A DNA stretch of 52,483 nucleotides, taken from NCBI GenBank assembly GCA_036149055.1, contig JAYZQJ010000058.1, positions 1 to 52,483 on the forward strand. Reading direction: 5' to 3'. Made by a program: the position numbers and the translations under genes. This document shows positions 32,016-44,285 of the stretch, one piece after another. The notes beneath the pieces are model-generated. The model saw only the letters and a list, made by a program, of their open reading frames with translations. It was not told where the DNA came from and ran no database searches. Positions within the stretch are counted from its first letter, which is position 1; every line of letters starts with the position of its first letter. Source of the DNA: Myxococcota bacterium (GTDB lineage: Bacteria > Myxococcota_A > Polyangia > Polyangiales > Sandaracinaceae).

Positions 32016-33316
32016 CCCGCCGCGCGGGCGAGCGCTTCGAGGGTCTCGTCGAAGGAGCACGTCTCTCCAGGGGGTTGGCGAAGGAAGGCCTCGAGGGCGT
32101 CGATCTGGGCGAGGGCGGCGTCGAGCTGCGGGTCGCGTCCCTTCTCGTGTGCGCCGAGCAGCACGAGGTCTCGCTTCGCTTCGTAGACCGCGAGGTGAGC
32201 GCGCGCCTGCCTCGCGTACGCGCGGTGAGACGCGTCGGTGACCGCGTCCATCACCCGGGACAGGCTCCGGAGGGGATCGATGGCCGGCCAGCGCCCGCGG
32301 GCGGCGAGCTCCCGGTCGAGCACCACGTGCCCGTCGAGGATGCCGCGGACCTCGTCCGCGATCGGCTCGTCCATGTCCCCGCCCTCGACGAGCACCGTGT
32401 AGACCGCGGTGATCGAGCCGCGCTCGCCCTGACCGGTGCGCTCGAGCAGCTCGGGCAGGGCCGCGAACACGCTCGGCGGGTAGCCGCGACGGGTCGGCGG
32501 CTCTCCCGCCGCCAGCCCGACCTCGCGCGCGGCCCGGGCGAACCGGGTCACGCTGTCCATCAAGAGCAGCACGCGCTGCCCCTGATCGCGGAAGTACTCG
32601 GCGAGCGCGGTGGCGACCCAGGCGGAGCGCATGCGGACCAGCGCGGGGGCGTCGCTCGTCGCGGCGACCACCACCGAGCGCGCGAGGCCGTCCGGGCCGA
32701 GGCTCTCCTCGATGAGCTCCCGTACCTCGCGGCCACGCTCGCCGACCAGGCCGATGACGACGACGTCCGCGTCGGCCTCGCGTGCGATACGACCGAGCAG
32801 AGTGCTCTTGCCCACCCCGCTGCCGGCGAACAGGCCCACCCGCTGGCCTTCGCCGAAGGTCATGAGGCCGTCGATGGCGCGCACCCCGGTGACGAAGCGC
32901 TCGGTGATGCGCGCGCGAGAGAGCGGATCGGGCGCCGGTCGCGTCACCGGCCACGCGACCCCGGGGGGCAGCGGCGAGCCGTCGATCGGCTGCCCGAGCC
33001 CGTCGATCACCCTCCCCTTGAGCGCCCCGCTCGCCTGCACGGCGAACGGCCTCCCGGTGGGCCGCACCGGCAGGTCCGGGCCGACCCCGCGGGCGTCGCC
33101 GAGCGGCAGCAGCGTCGCGTCGTCGAGCTCGAAGCCCACCACCTCCGCGAGCAGCGGCTCCCGATCGCGGCGCAGGATCTCGACCACCTCACCGACGCGG
33201 ACCCCCGGGATGGCGGCGCGGAGCGTCAGCCCCACCAGCGCGCGCACCCGACCGGTCACCGAGACCGAGTCGGTGTCCGCGAGCTTCGCCAGCGCGGACT
33301 CGAGATCGAAGGGCAT
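32012..33316 (-). CDS. FliI/YscN (SctN) family type III export ATPase, orphan
   Basis: GEGQRVGLFAGSGVGKS, GERGREV, DSVTRFARA, GEPP-RRGYPPSVF and DEVRGILDGH. Confidence 0.93.
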   Translation of the reverse strand: MPFDLESALAKLADTDSVSVTGRVRALVGLTLRAAIPGVRVGEVVEILRRDREPLLAEVVGFELDDATLLPLGDARGVGPDLPVRPTGRPFAVQASGALKGRVIDGLGQPIDGSPLPPGVAWPVTRPAPDPLSRARITERFVTGVRAIDGLMTFGEGQRVGLFAGSGVGKSTLLGRIAREADADVVVIGLVGERGREVRELIEESLGPDGLARSVVVAATSDAPALVRMRSAWVATALAEYFRDQGQRVLLLMDSVTRFARAAREVGLAAGEPPTRRGYPPSVFAALPELLERTGQGERGSITAVYTVLVEGGDMDEPIADEVRGILDGHVVLDRELAARGRWPAIDPLRSLSRVMDAVTDASHRAYARQARAHLAVYEAKRDLVLLGAHEKGRDPQLDAALAQIDALEAFLRQPPGETCSFDETLEALARAAG

Positions 33317-33398
33317 GCCCAGACCCTGCCACATAGGATCCACCCCACGAAATCCGCAAGGGATCGCGCGAGGGTCGCCGAGGTGTCAGGCTCGGCCC

Positions 33399-34418
33399 GT
33401 GCGCTGGTTTGCCCTCGCGATGGCCGCGGCCCTCTCCGCCTGTGCAGGCGAAGGCCTGGCGGAGACGCCCACCGCGGAGGTCTGCGGTCGTGCGGACTCC
33501 CATGCGCGCGGAGAGTGGCTCCCGGTGCGAGGGGGACGCATCTGGTACTCGGCTCGGGGCCCGGTCGACGCGCCGCCCGTCGTCTTCCTCCACGGCGGTC
33601 CCGGCTACAATTCCTACGTCTTCGAGCGTTCGGTGGGCGAGCGGCTCGCGGAGCGCGTGCGCCTGGTGGTGCTCGACCAACGAGGCTGCGGCCGCTCGGC
33701 GAGCGTCGGGGCGGAGCTCGGTCTCGAGCCGACGCTCTCGGACCTGGAGGCCCTGCGGCGAGCGCTGGGCGTCGAGCGGTGGACGGTGGTCGGTCACTCG
33801 TTCGGGGGTCTCCTCGCCGTCGCCTACGCGCAGCGGCACCCCGACGCGGTCGCGGGGCTGGTCCTCGTCGAGACCACGCCCGATCTGCCGGCGGCGTTCG
33901 CGCATCAGCTGCAGACGGCGGCCGCCGCGGCCGACGAGCGCTGGCCCGAGCAGGCGGAGTCGATCCGGACGCTGGCGGAGGGGGACGGCCCCGCGTTCGA
34001 CCGCCTGCTCGCGCTGTACGGCCTGACGGGGCAGACGTCCTTGCAGGCGCTGCTCCACTGGGCGAGCCCCGCGCACCAGGCGCGGGCCGACCGTTGGGAC
34101 GCAGACAGCGGCTTGCTGCGGTGCACCCGCCCGTCCGTGCTCGAGGCGTTCGCCGCGGACGGCCTGCTCGACGGGGCGGAGCCCTCGCTGGGGCGCCCGC
34201 TCCCGACGCCGGGGGTGCTCGTCGGCGGACGGCACTCCAACGTGATCGGCGCCGCACAGCTCGGCCACGCGGCGGAGGTCTGGGGCGTGGAGCAGCGCTG
34301 GATGAGCGAGAGCGGGCACTTCCCCTACGTGGAGGAGCCTGCGGCCTTCACCGCGCTCGTGGCCGACGCCGCCGAGACCTTCGCCGAGGGCGCGCGGTTC
34401 AGTCGAACAGCGCCTTGA
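33399..34418 (+). CDS. Alpha/beta hydrolase lipoprotein (proline iminopeptidase-like)
   Basis: Lipobox ALSAC, then HGGPG, DQRGCGRS, GHSFGG and SGHFP. GTG start at 33399. Confidence 0.85.
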   Translation: MRWFALAMAAALSACAGEGLAETPTAEVCGRADSHARGEWLPVRGGRIWYSARGPVDAPPVVFLHGGPGYNSYVFERSVGERLAERVRLVVLDQRGCGRSASVGAELGLEPTLSDLEALRRALGVERWTVVGHSFGGLLAVAYAQRHPDAVAGLVLVETTPDLPAAFAHQLQTAAAAADERWPEQAESIRTLAEGDGPAFDRLLALYGLTGQTSLQALLHWASPAHQARADRWDADSGLLRCTRPSVLEAFAADGLLDGAEPSLGRPLPTPGVLVGGRHSNVIGAAQLGHAAEVWGVEQRWMSESGHFPYVEEPAAFTALVADAAETFAEGARFSRTAP

Positions 34419-35499
34419 GCTTGTCGAGGAAGCCCTTCTGCTGCGGGTGGACCTCCTCGCCCATCTCCGAGGCGAGCTCCGCGATCAGCTGCTTCTGCTT
34501 CTTGCTGATCTTCTCCGGCACCTCGACGACGACCTTCACCAGCTCGTCGCCTTTGCCGTAGCCGCCGAGCACCGGGATGCCCTTGCCGCGGAGGCGGAAG
34601 ATTTTGCCCGACTGGGTGCCGGCGGGGATCCGCATCTTCACCCGGCCGTCGAGGGTCGGCACGTCGATCTGCGCGCCGAGGACCGCCTGCGGGAAGCTGA
34701 TCGGCACCGTCACCCGCACGTCGGCGCCGTCGCGCTGGAACAGGGGGTGGGGCTCGACGACGATGCGCACGTGGAGGTCGCCCGCGCCGCCGCGGCCGCG
34801 CTCGCCGCCGCCCTTGACGGTGCGGATGGAGCCGTCCTCGACCCCGGCGGGGATCTTGACGTCGAGCTCCTCGGACTTGGGCACCACTCCGTCGCCGGCG
34901 CAGGCGGGGCATGGCTTCTCGATGCGCTTGCCCGAGCCGCCGCAGGTCGCGCACGGCCGCGCGACGCTGAAGAACCCGCGCTGGTAGCGGACCTCCCCGC
35001 GGCCGCTGCACTGGGGGCACGCGCTGACCTTGGTGCCCTCGGCCGCGCCGCTGCCCTCGCAGGCGTCGCAGGACTGCCGCCGCTGGATGGTGATCGACTT
35101 CTCGGCGCCGAGCGCGGCCTCCTCGAAGCTGACCCGGAGGTCGACCTCGATGTCTCCGCCCACCCGGGCGCGCCGCATGCCGCCGCCGAAGACGCCGCCG
35201 AACAGCCCCTCGAGGATCTCGCCGAAGGAGCTGAAGTCGACCCGCTCGTAGGGGGTGCCGCCGCCGGCGTTCTGGAACGCGGCGTGGCCCATCCGGTCGT
35301 AGCGCCGGCGCTTCTCGTCGTCCGAGAGCACGGCGTAGGCCTCGGTGGCCTCCTTGAAGCGCGCCTCGGCCTCGGCGTCGCCCGGGTTCCGGTCGGGGTG
35401 TGAGGCGAGCGCGATCTTTCGAAAGGCCCGCTTGATCTCGTCGAGCGAGGCGCCCTTGGTCACCCCGAGGACGTCGTAGTAATCGCGGGTCGGCGCCAC
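34399..35499 (-). CDS. dnaJ: Chaperone DnaJ (class A)
   Basis: DYYDVLGV, HPD, four CxxCxGxG motifs and GTQSGKIFRLRGKG. Confidence 0.96.
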   Translation of the reverse strand: MAPTRDYYDVLGVTKGASLDEIKRAFRKIALASHPDRNPGDAEAEARFKEATEAYAVLSDDEKRRRYDRMGHAAFQNAGGGTPYERVDFSSFGEILEGLFGGVFGGGMRRARVGGDIEVDLRVSFEEAALGAEKSITIQRRQSCDACEGSGAAEGTKVSACPQCSGRGEVRYQRGFFSVARPCATCGGSGKRIEKPCPACAGDGVVPKSEELDVKIPAGVEDGSIRTVKGGGERGRGGAGDLHVRIVVEPHPLFQRDGADVRVTVPISFPQAVLGAQIDVPTLDGRVKMRIPAGTQSGKIFRLRGKGIPVLGGYGKGDELVKVVVEVPEKISKKQKQLIAELASEMGEEVHPQQKGFLDKLKALFD

Positions 35500-35579
35500 G
35501 GCGGGGGGACTCTAGCAGCGTCGCGCCGAAATGCCTGCGCGTTGAGCGCGGCGCCCGACCGTGGGACGTTCCGGCTCCG

Positions 35580-38422
<2,843 letters not shown>

Positions 38423-38435
<13 letters not shown>

Positions 38436-38820
38436 GGACCTGGGGACGGAGTTTACTTGCGAACTTAGGTAGGATGTTTGCTGATCTTTAGCCGCGTATG
38501 AGGACTAGGGGACGGTGTTTCCTTGTTGCCCAGCGACCGCGCGGGATCGGGGGATACCCGCGTATTGGGACTTGGGGACGGTGTTTCCTTGTTGCCAAGC
38601 GGGATCGGTAACGAGGGCGTTGCTGGAGACTGTGGTCACGATGCGGACCCCGGCGACGGGTGATCAGAATCCTCCGTTTGGGAGCATCGTTCGGGGCTAC
38701 TCGACCGGTTGGGCAACAAGGAAACTCCGTCCCGGAGCCTCCGTTTGGGAGCATCGTTCGGGGCTACGCGACCGGTTGGGCAACAAGGAAACTCCGTCCC
38801 CTGGTCTCCATTCGGAGCTA
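38423..38820. repeat. Cluster of REP-like repeats: three forward units and two reverse units
   Basis: GGGGACGG cores at 38442, 38508 and 38574 (period 66). Reverse units ending GGGCAACAAGGAAACTCCGTCCC start at 38671 and 38738 (period 67). Confidence 0.88.
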
Positions 38821-39084
38821 CTCGCCGAGGCGGCGCTTCAGGGCTCGGAGCTCGTCTTCGATCTGCTTCGCGTCGCGCTTCTCTTGCTTCGCGCGGGCCT
38901 TCTCGGCGCGCTTCGCGGCGCGCTCGGCTTCGCGGGCGGCTCTCTTCGCGGCCTTCTCGGCGGCGCGGATCTCGGCTTCGGTCTTCGGGGGCTCGTCCTC
39001 GGTGAGGCGCTCGATGCCCTCTCGCGCGGCCGAGCGGCCGAGCTCCCAGCCGATGCCCTGCACGATGAAGCGGAGGAGGCTCAC
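38818..39084 (-). CDS. Small hypothetical coiled-coil protein
   Basis: 88-aa ORF with an amphipathic N-terminus and a K/E/A/R-rich helix. Confidence 0.65.
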   Translation of the reverse strand: MSLLRFIVQGIGWELGRSAAREGIERLTEDEPPKTEAEIRAAEKAAKRAAREAERAAKRAEKARAKQEKRDAKQIEDELRALKRRLGE

Positions 39085-39119
39085 GGCTTCACTCTACGCC
39101 AGGACGCGCCGGAGATCCC

Positions 39120-40559
39120 TCAGGCGTAGCGGAAGACCCAGACGCCTCGGTTGCGGGCGCCGGCGATGACGAAGACGCCGTGCGCCGGGTCGAAGTAGCC
39201 GAAGGCGGTGCCCCACGGCGGCGGCGGGAAGGGGTCGCCGTCGACCTCGATGAGCTCCCACGCGGCGGTCTCGAGCGAGAGGGCGGCCACGCGGCTCGGA
39301 TGGCGCTCGTCGAAGAGCAAGAAGACGTCGTTGACCGTGTCGTAAGCGAACACGGTGCGGGCGTCGTGGGCGTCGATGCGCTCGTCGCTCAGCAGGTGCG
39401 CCCACTCGTTCCGGTCGATGTCGTAGGTGTAGGTCTCGCTGCCGAGCACGGCGACGATCTGACGCGCGACCGGGCTGTAGGCGGTCTGCTGCTCCGAGCC
39501 GGGGGCCAGGCCGTCGGCGGTGGCGAGCTGACGGATCGCGGTCCCGCCGTTGGGGTGCAGCTCGGTCCAGGTGTCCGCCGCGAGGTCGTGGCTCCACATC
39601 TCGAAGGCCGGCGGGGTGACGTTCTGAGCCGCCGCGTAGTGCACGACCGCGCAGAGATCCGGGACGTAGATCGCGGTGGTGCCCATGCCGCGCAGCGACG
39701 AGCGCGGGGTCTCGCCGTCGTGCCGGTACCAGCGCCAGCGCGCGCTCTCGGGGTCGAAGGTCCACATCGGTGTGGTGTCCGTGGCGCGCTGCGCGGTGAC
39801 CTCGGCCGCGTCCATCTCGAGCACGTAGGCGACCGCGGCATCCGACAAGCTCTGATGCGCGCCCATGCGCCAGACCATCTGCCGCGTGCGCGGGTCGTAG
39901 GTGAGCCCGTCCCACTGGTGCGAGGGCATGATCGGGCCGCCCTCGAGCGTGGTGTAGAGCCCGTCCCGCAGCTCGGTGTGCTCGCGCGCCCAGGCCACGA
40001 AGCCGTCGATGTCCTCCATCGTCTCGGCGTCCGGGGTCTCGCCGCCGTCGATCATGCGGCGGAGCGCGAACAGCCCCGCCTTGTGCGGCCCCACGTTGCC
40101 GCCGACCGGCCGGAACAGCATCTGCCAGGTGTTCGAGCCGAGGTGGTACTCCCAGACGTCGTTCGCCCGGTACGTCCCGTGGCTGCCGCCCGCGTAGAGC
40201 GCGGTCCGGCGCTCGGGCGCGAACACCATCGCGTTCGAGTAGTCGCGGTGCGGGGGCCCCTTGTGGCTGTCGTAGCCGGTGAAGCCCATGTTGTGCACCG
40301 TCGGCGCGGGCAGCGAGCGAGCGGTGCGCGCGGGGAGCGCCTCGAGGAGCGCGACGATCTCGGCGTCGTCCGCGTACACCCCGACCTCGGCCGGCGCGGG
40401 ATCGCAGGGGCTCGGGGGCCCCGCGTCCGGCGCGGCGGTGGAGGCGTCCGCTCCCGGCGAAGGCGAGGCGTCGGCGATCCCCCGGCCCGCGTCATCCGCC
40501 GCCGGGGACGGCTCGGCGCACGCGGTCAGGGCGACGAGGAGAGCGAAGGTGACGCGCAT
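39120..40559 (-). CDS. Lipoprotein with kelch/beta-propeller-like repeats
   Basis: Lipobox ALTAC and repeated blades WEYHLGSNTW, WTFDPESARW, WSHDLAADTW and YTYDIDRNEW. Confidence 0.72.
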   Translation of the reverse strand: MRVTFALLVALTACAEPSPAADDAGRGIADASPSPGADASTAAPDAGPPSPCDPAPAEVGVYADDAEIVALLEALPARTARSLPAPTVHNMGFTGYDSHKGPPHRDYSNAMVFAPERRTALYAGGSHGTYRANDVWEYHLGSNTWQMLFRPVGGNVGPHKAGLFALRRMIDGGETPDAETMEDIDGFVAWAREHTELRDGLYTTLEGGPIMPSHQWDGLTYDPRTRQMVWRMGAHQSLSDAAVAYVLEMDAAEVTAQRATDTTPMWTFDPESARWRWYRHDGETPRSSLRGMGTTAIYVPDLCAVVHYAAAQNVTPPAFEMWSHDLAADTWTELHPNGGTAIRQLATADGLAPGSEQQTAYSPVARQIVAVLGSETYTYDIDRNEWAHLLSDERIDAHDARTVFAYDTVNDVFLLFDERHPSRVAALSLETAAWELIEVDGDPFPPPPWGTAFGYFDPAHGVFVIAGARNRGVWVFRYA

Positions 40560-40640
40560 GCCCCCGATGCTGAGCGCCGCGCGCGCTCCCCGCGATTACC
40601 TCGCCTGCGCCGATCGCTCGCATGTCCACGAGCGCGGACA

Positions 40641-40699
40641 CTGGGACGGAGTTTCTTTGTTGCCGAGCGCGGTTGGGCAACGAGGAAACTCCGTCCCAG
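40641..40699. repeat. REPIN-like hairpin (GGGACGGAG family)
   Basis: CTGGGACGGAGTTTCTTTGTTGCCGAGC-GCG-GTTGGGCAACGAGGAAACTCCGTCCCAG, a 28-bp imperfect stem. Confidence 0.85.
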
Positions 40700-40708
40700 G
40701 GTGGTCGA

Positions 40709-41254
40709 CTACGTCGAGGGAGCCGGCCAGGTCTCCAGCAGCCGTTCGACCTCGCGCCGGCTGCGGAGGCGGACGAATCGCAGGTGCGCCCACGTCGGGT
40801 CGACCATCGCGGCCAGGTAGGTCGCGCGGTAGGCGTGGAAGCGGGTGAAGGACCACGCCAGCACCGAGCGCTCCGGGTCGAGCGAGGTGAGGTTGCTCCA
40901 GGGCTCGCGGTTGCCGTTGTAGAGCGGCTCACGCGTCAGAGTGCGACGCAGCGTCCGGCCCAGCAGGGCGCGCATCACCTGGTGGCGCGGCAAATCCAGC
41001 CACACGACGGCGTCGGCCGCGCTCCAGATCTGCGCACGGTGCGCGGCGTAGTTGCCGTCGATGACCCACCGCCGCTCGCGCTCCAGAAACGCCGCGATCC
41101 GCGCGCGAGTCTCCGCCTCCGGGCGCGGTCGCCAGCCCGGCAGGTGGTGCAGCGCGTCGAGCTCGAGCCACGCGTGCCCGCGCTCGCGCTGCAGCCGGCG
41201 GGCGAGGGTGCTCTTCCCCGCCCCGCTCGACCCCACGATCGCGATTCGGTCCAT
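40709..41254 (-). CDS. P-loop kinase, adenylate kinase / FlaR-like
   Basis: IAIVGSSGAGKST, ELDALHH, WVIDGNY and VWLDLP. ATG at 41254. Confidence 0.85.
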   Translation of the reverse strand: MDRIAIVGSSGAGKSTLARRLQRERGHAWLELDALHHLPGWRPRPEAETRARIAAFLERERRWVIDGNYAAHRAQIWSAADAVVWLDLPRHQVMRALLGRTLRRTLTREPLYNGNREPWSNLTSLDPERSVLAWSFTRFHAYRATYLAAMVDPTWAHLRFVRLRSRREVERLLETWPAPST

Positions 41255-43569
41255 CACGCCAGCATGGCGTGCTCGGCGTAGCCTTCGAAGGCGACGGGGC
41301 CGAGCATGGCGTCGGGGATGCCGAAGGCGTTCACCAGGGCGACCGAGTGGCGGCGGACCTCGGCGCACTGGCGGCCGAAGAGCTTGCGGAGCGCGCGGGC
41401 CTTGCGGCCGTCGAGGTAGTCGTTCTCGAGGTACCAGCCGACGTCGTCGTGCAGGCGCCAGATCGCGAAGAGCGCGCGCAGGGACTCGAGGGCCTCTCGC
41501 TCGGCGCCCTCGGCCGCGTCGACCGCGTCGGCGAAGCAGGCGTGCACGTGCTCCTCGACGTGGGCGCGGGCGAGCGCGACCAGGTGGTCCTGCACCTCGG
41601 TGAAGGCGTCGAAGGGGTCCATGTCGGCGTCGGTGCGCTTCTTCATGCGGCGCGCGGCCGAGACGAGCAGGTTGTGGGTGCGGTAGCGGAGCGCGTCGCG
41701 GTGGAAGTCGACGCTCTTCAGGTGCTCGTCGTCGGTGCGGCGCTTGTTCACCGGGTTCTGCTCGATCAGCGCGCGCTTCGCCCGCTCGCCGATCTCGCTG
41801 AGCAGGGTGCCGATGAGGTTGTCCGAGAGCTGCTTCGCGAAGCCGGTGAGCAGGCTCTTGGCCACCAGCTGCAAGAGCACGGTGTTGTCGCCCTCGAAGG
41901 TCGCGAACACGTCGACGTCGCGCCGCATCTGGGAGATGCGGTTGAGGGTCAGGAAGCCCATGCCGCCGCAGCACTCGCGCGCGGCCTGACACGCGTCGAT
42001 GCCGTGCCAGGTGGCGAGCGCCTTGACCCCGGCGGCGAGCGCCTCGATCTCGCGGGTGTCCTCGCCCTCGTGCTCGGCCCAGCGGCGCTGCAGGTCGGCG
42101 GCGGTGAAGTGGTGCGCGTAGGCGCTCGCGAGCCAGGGCATGAGGCGCTGCTGGTGCGCGGGGTAGTCGAGCACGCTGGTCTCCGCCTGCCCCTCGGGGC
42201 CGAACTGGCGGCGGAGCGCGCCGTAGCGGATGGCGGTGGCCAGCGAGACCTTGGACGCGGTGACCGCGGCCGCGCCGACGCTGATGCGCCCGCCGACCAG
42301 GGTGCCGAGCATGGTGAAGAAGCGGCGCGAGGGGTTCGCGATCGGGCTGTCGTAGGTGCCGTCCTCGGCGACGCTCGCGTAGCGGTCGAGCAGGTTCTCG
42401 CGCGGCACCTGCACGTGGTCGAACCAGAGGCGGCCGTTGTCGACGCCGTTGAGGCCCATCTTGTGGCCGCAGTCCTCGACCGACACGCCGGGGAGCAGGT
42501 TGCCTTCCTCGTCGCGAATCGGGACGTAGAAGACGTGTACGCCGTGGGACTCACCGCCGGTCTCGAGCTGGGCGAAGACCGCCATCGCCCGGCCGTGGAG
42601 CGCCGCGTTGCCGATCCACTCCTTGCGCGCCGAGACGCTCGGGGTGTGCAGCACGAAGACGCCTTGCTCGACGTCGTAGCGGGCGACGGTCTCGAGGTCG
42701 CGCACGTTCGAGCCGTGGCCGAGCTCGGTCATCGCGAAGCCGCCGAGCAGCTCGCCGCGCCCGATGGCCGGCAGGAGCGTCGCGTGGTGCCGCTCGCTCC
42801 CGAGGTTCGCGATGGCGCCGCCGAAGAGGCCGAACTGCACGCCGAGCTTCACCACGAGCGAGAGGTCGTGCATGCCGAGCGCCTCGAAGCTCTTCACGAA
42901 GCGACGCGTGAGCCCGCCGCCGCCGTGGGCCTCGGGGTAGCTCAGCGCGCCGATGCCCTCCTCGGTGAGCACCTTCAGCTGCTCGAAGATCCGCGCGCGG
43001 TATTCGGGCGTGGGCAGGCCGTGGGCCAGCGCGAGGCGCGGGTCGGTCACGAGCCCGCGGATCCGCTCCCAGTCCTCGCGCGCGTCACCGTCGAGCAGCG
43101 CGGTCAGCGCGGCCACGTCGAAGGGCGGGGCCGGCTCGTCGAAGTCCTGCCGCACCGGCGGGCGCTCCTCGAAGAAGTGCCGCGCGACCTCCCGGCTCTG
43201 GATGCCGAGCGCCGCCTCCACCTCCTCGAGCGCGCGCAGCTTGGCGTCCTCCGCGTCGAGGTCGCCCTCGAGGCTCGCGATCGCGCAGCCGAGGTCGACG
43301 AGGCTGCTCCGCGCCTTCGCGTCGAGCCGACCGGCCCGGTCGCGCACGAAGCGATAGAGCCGGAGCAGCTCGGTCGACGACGGCGGCGCGTCGGGATCCA
43401 GCCAGTGATCGAGCGACGCGTGCTGCTCGCTCGGGAGCCGCGCGCGCGCCGCCTCCCGGATCGCGCGGATCTCCTCCGCTTCGAGCGCGCCGTCCGCCCA
43501 CGCCACGTAGAGCAGCGGGGTCATCGCGGTCAGCTCGGGGTGTCGCGTCAGCTCTTCGATGGCGGCCAT
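41254..43569 (-). CDS. Acyl-CoA oxidase/dehydrogenase with an N-terminal TerB-like domain
   Basis: FAMTELGHGSNV, KEWIGN, KMGLNGVDNG, RECCGGMG and TFEGDNTVL. N-terminal LYVAWADGALEAEE. Confidence 0.9.
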   Translation of the reverse strand: MAAIEELTRHPELTAMTPLLYVAWADGALEAEEIRAIREAARARLPSEQHASLDHWLDPDAPPSSTELLRLYRFVRDRAGRLDAKARSSLVDLGCAIASLEGDLDAEDAKLRALEEVEAALGIQSREVARHFFEERPPVRQDFDEPAPPFDVAALTALLDGDAREDWERIRGLVTDPRLALAHGLPTPEYRARIFEQLKVLTEEGIGALSYPEAHGGGGLTRRFVKSFEALGMHDLSLVVKLGVQFGLFGGAIANLGSERHHATLLPAIGRGELLGGFAMTELGHGSNVRDLETVARYDVEQGVFVLHTPSVSARKEWIGNAALHGRAMAVFAQLETGGESHGVHVFYVPIRDEEGNLLPGVSVEDCGHKMGLNGVDNGRLWFDHVQVPRENLLDRYASVAEDGTYDSPIANPSRRFFTMLGTLVGGRISVGAAAVTASKVSLATAIRYGALRRQFGPEGQAETSVLDYPAHQQRLMPWLASAYAHHFTAADLQRRWAEHEGEDTREIEALAAGVKALATWHGIDACQAARECCGGMGFLTLNRISQMRRDVDVFATFEGDNTVLLQLVAKSLLTGFAKQLSDNLIGTLLSEIGERAKRALIEQNPVNKRRTDDEHLKSVDFHRDALRYRTHNLLVSAARRMKKRTDADMDPFDAFTEVQDHLVALARAHVEEHVHACFADAVDAAEGAEREALESLRALFAIWRLHDDVGWYLENDYLDGRKARALRKLFGRQCAEVRRHSVALVNAFGIPDAMLGPVAFEGYAEHAMLA

Positions 43570-43609
43570 GCCGACACCGTAGATCCAACTGCCCCCAGGA
43601 GAACCAGGA

Positions 43610-44122
43610 TCACTCACAATGGCCGGCGACGCAGGCGCGCCCGTCGTCGACGCAGTGGCCGTCCGGGTGGGCGGGCCCGCAGAGCGGCTCGCAGGCGCCG
43701 GCGAGGCAGACCTCGTCGTGGGGGCAGAGCCCGAACGGGCTGATCGGCGCGCAGGGCTCGATGTCCACCTCGAGATCACCGGCGCTGGCGATGAAGCGGA
43801 GCCGGGAGGGCGGCGCGTCGAGGGAGAAGGCGACCACGCAGCGACGGGTGCCGCTCTCGAGCAGCCCGCGGCAGCCGCCGATTCCCACGTCGCGCTCCGC
43901 CTCGTGCCAGCGTCCGTCGAGGGTCGCGAGGCGGAAGCGCTCGGGCTCGACCGAGCCGGCGCCGGCGACCTCCACCGTCAGCCCGAGCCGGGTCGGCGTC
44001 TGCCACCACGCCTGCCGCAGGGTCATCGTCTCCTCACCGCCGGCGTCCGCGCCCGCCCTCCCCACGTGGCTCGACGCGCAGCCGAGCCAGAGGGCCATCG
44101 TGATCCCGATCCAGATGTTCAT
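43610..44122 (-). CDS. Hypothetical lipoprotein with a Cys-rich C-terminus
   Basis: Lipobox LWLGC after a GGAGG RBS. C-terminal CPHDEVCLAGACEPLC...CVAGHC. Confidence 0.65.
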   Translation of the reverse strand: MNIWIGITMALWLGCASSHVGRAGADAGGEETMTLRQAWWQTPTRLGLTVEVAGAGSVEPERFRLATLDGRWHEAERDVGIGGCRGLLESGTRRCVVAFSLDAPPSRLRFIASAGDLEVDIEPCAPISPFGLCPHDEVCLAGACEPLCGPAHPDGHCVDDGRACVAGHCE

Positions 44123-44285
44123 CGCTCACCTCCGTGCGCACCCGGAGCGAGCCGCGTGCCGGGCGGCGCGCACGTGATCTCGGGGACTTGCGGGGCCGGA
44201 TCGGCGGCGGTGGCGGGCGGAGGGGTGGCGGCCGCCGGGGAATCCCCGGACTGGCACGGTTCTCTCGCTGCAGTACCGTGGCCCG

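Noticed and set aside
32012..33316. F1 ATP synthase beta subunit, or a T3SS/flagellar island
   Set aside because: AGSGVGKS and RRGYPPSVF are FliI/SctN-type, and no other atp, sct or fli genes are in the window.
44252..44268. Sigma54 promoter TGGCACGG upstream of the AraC gene
   Set aside because: There is no GC at the required -12 spacing.
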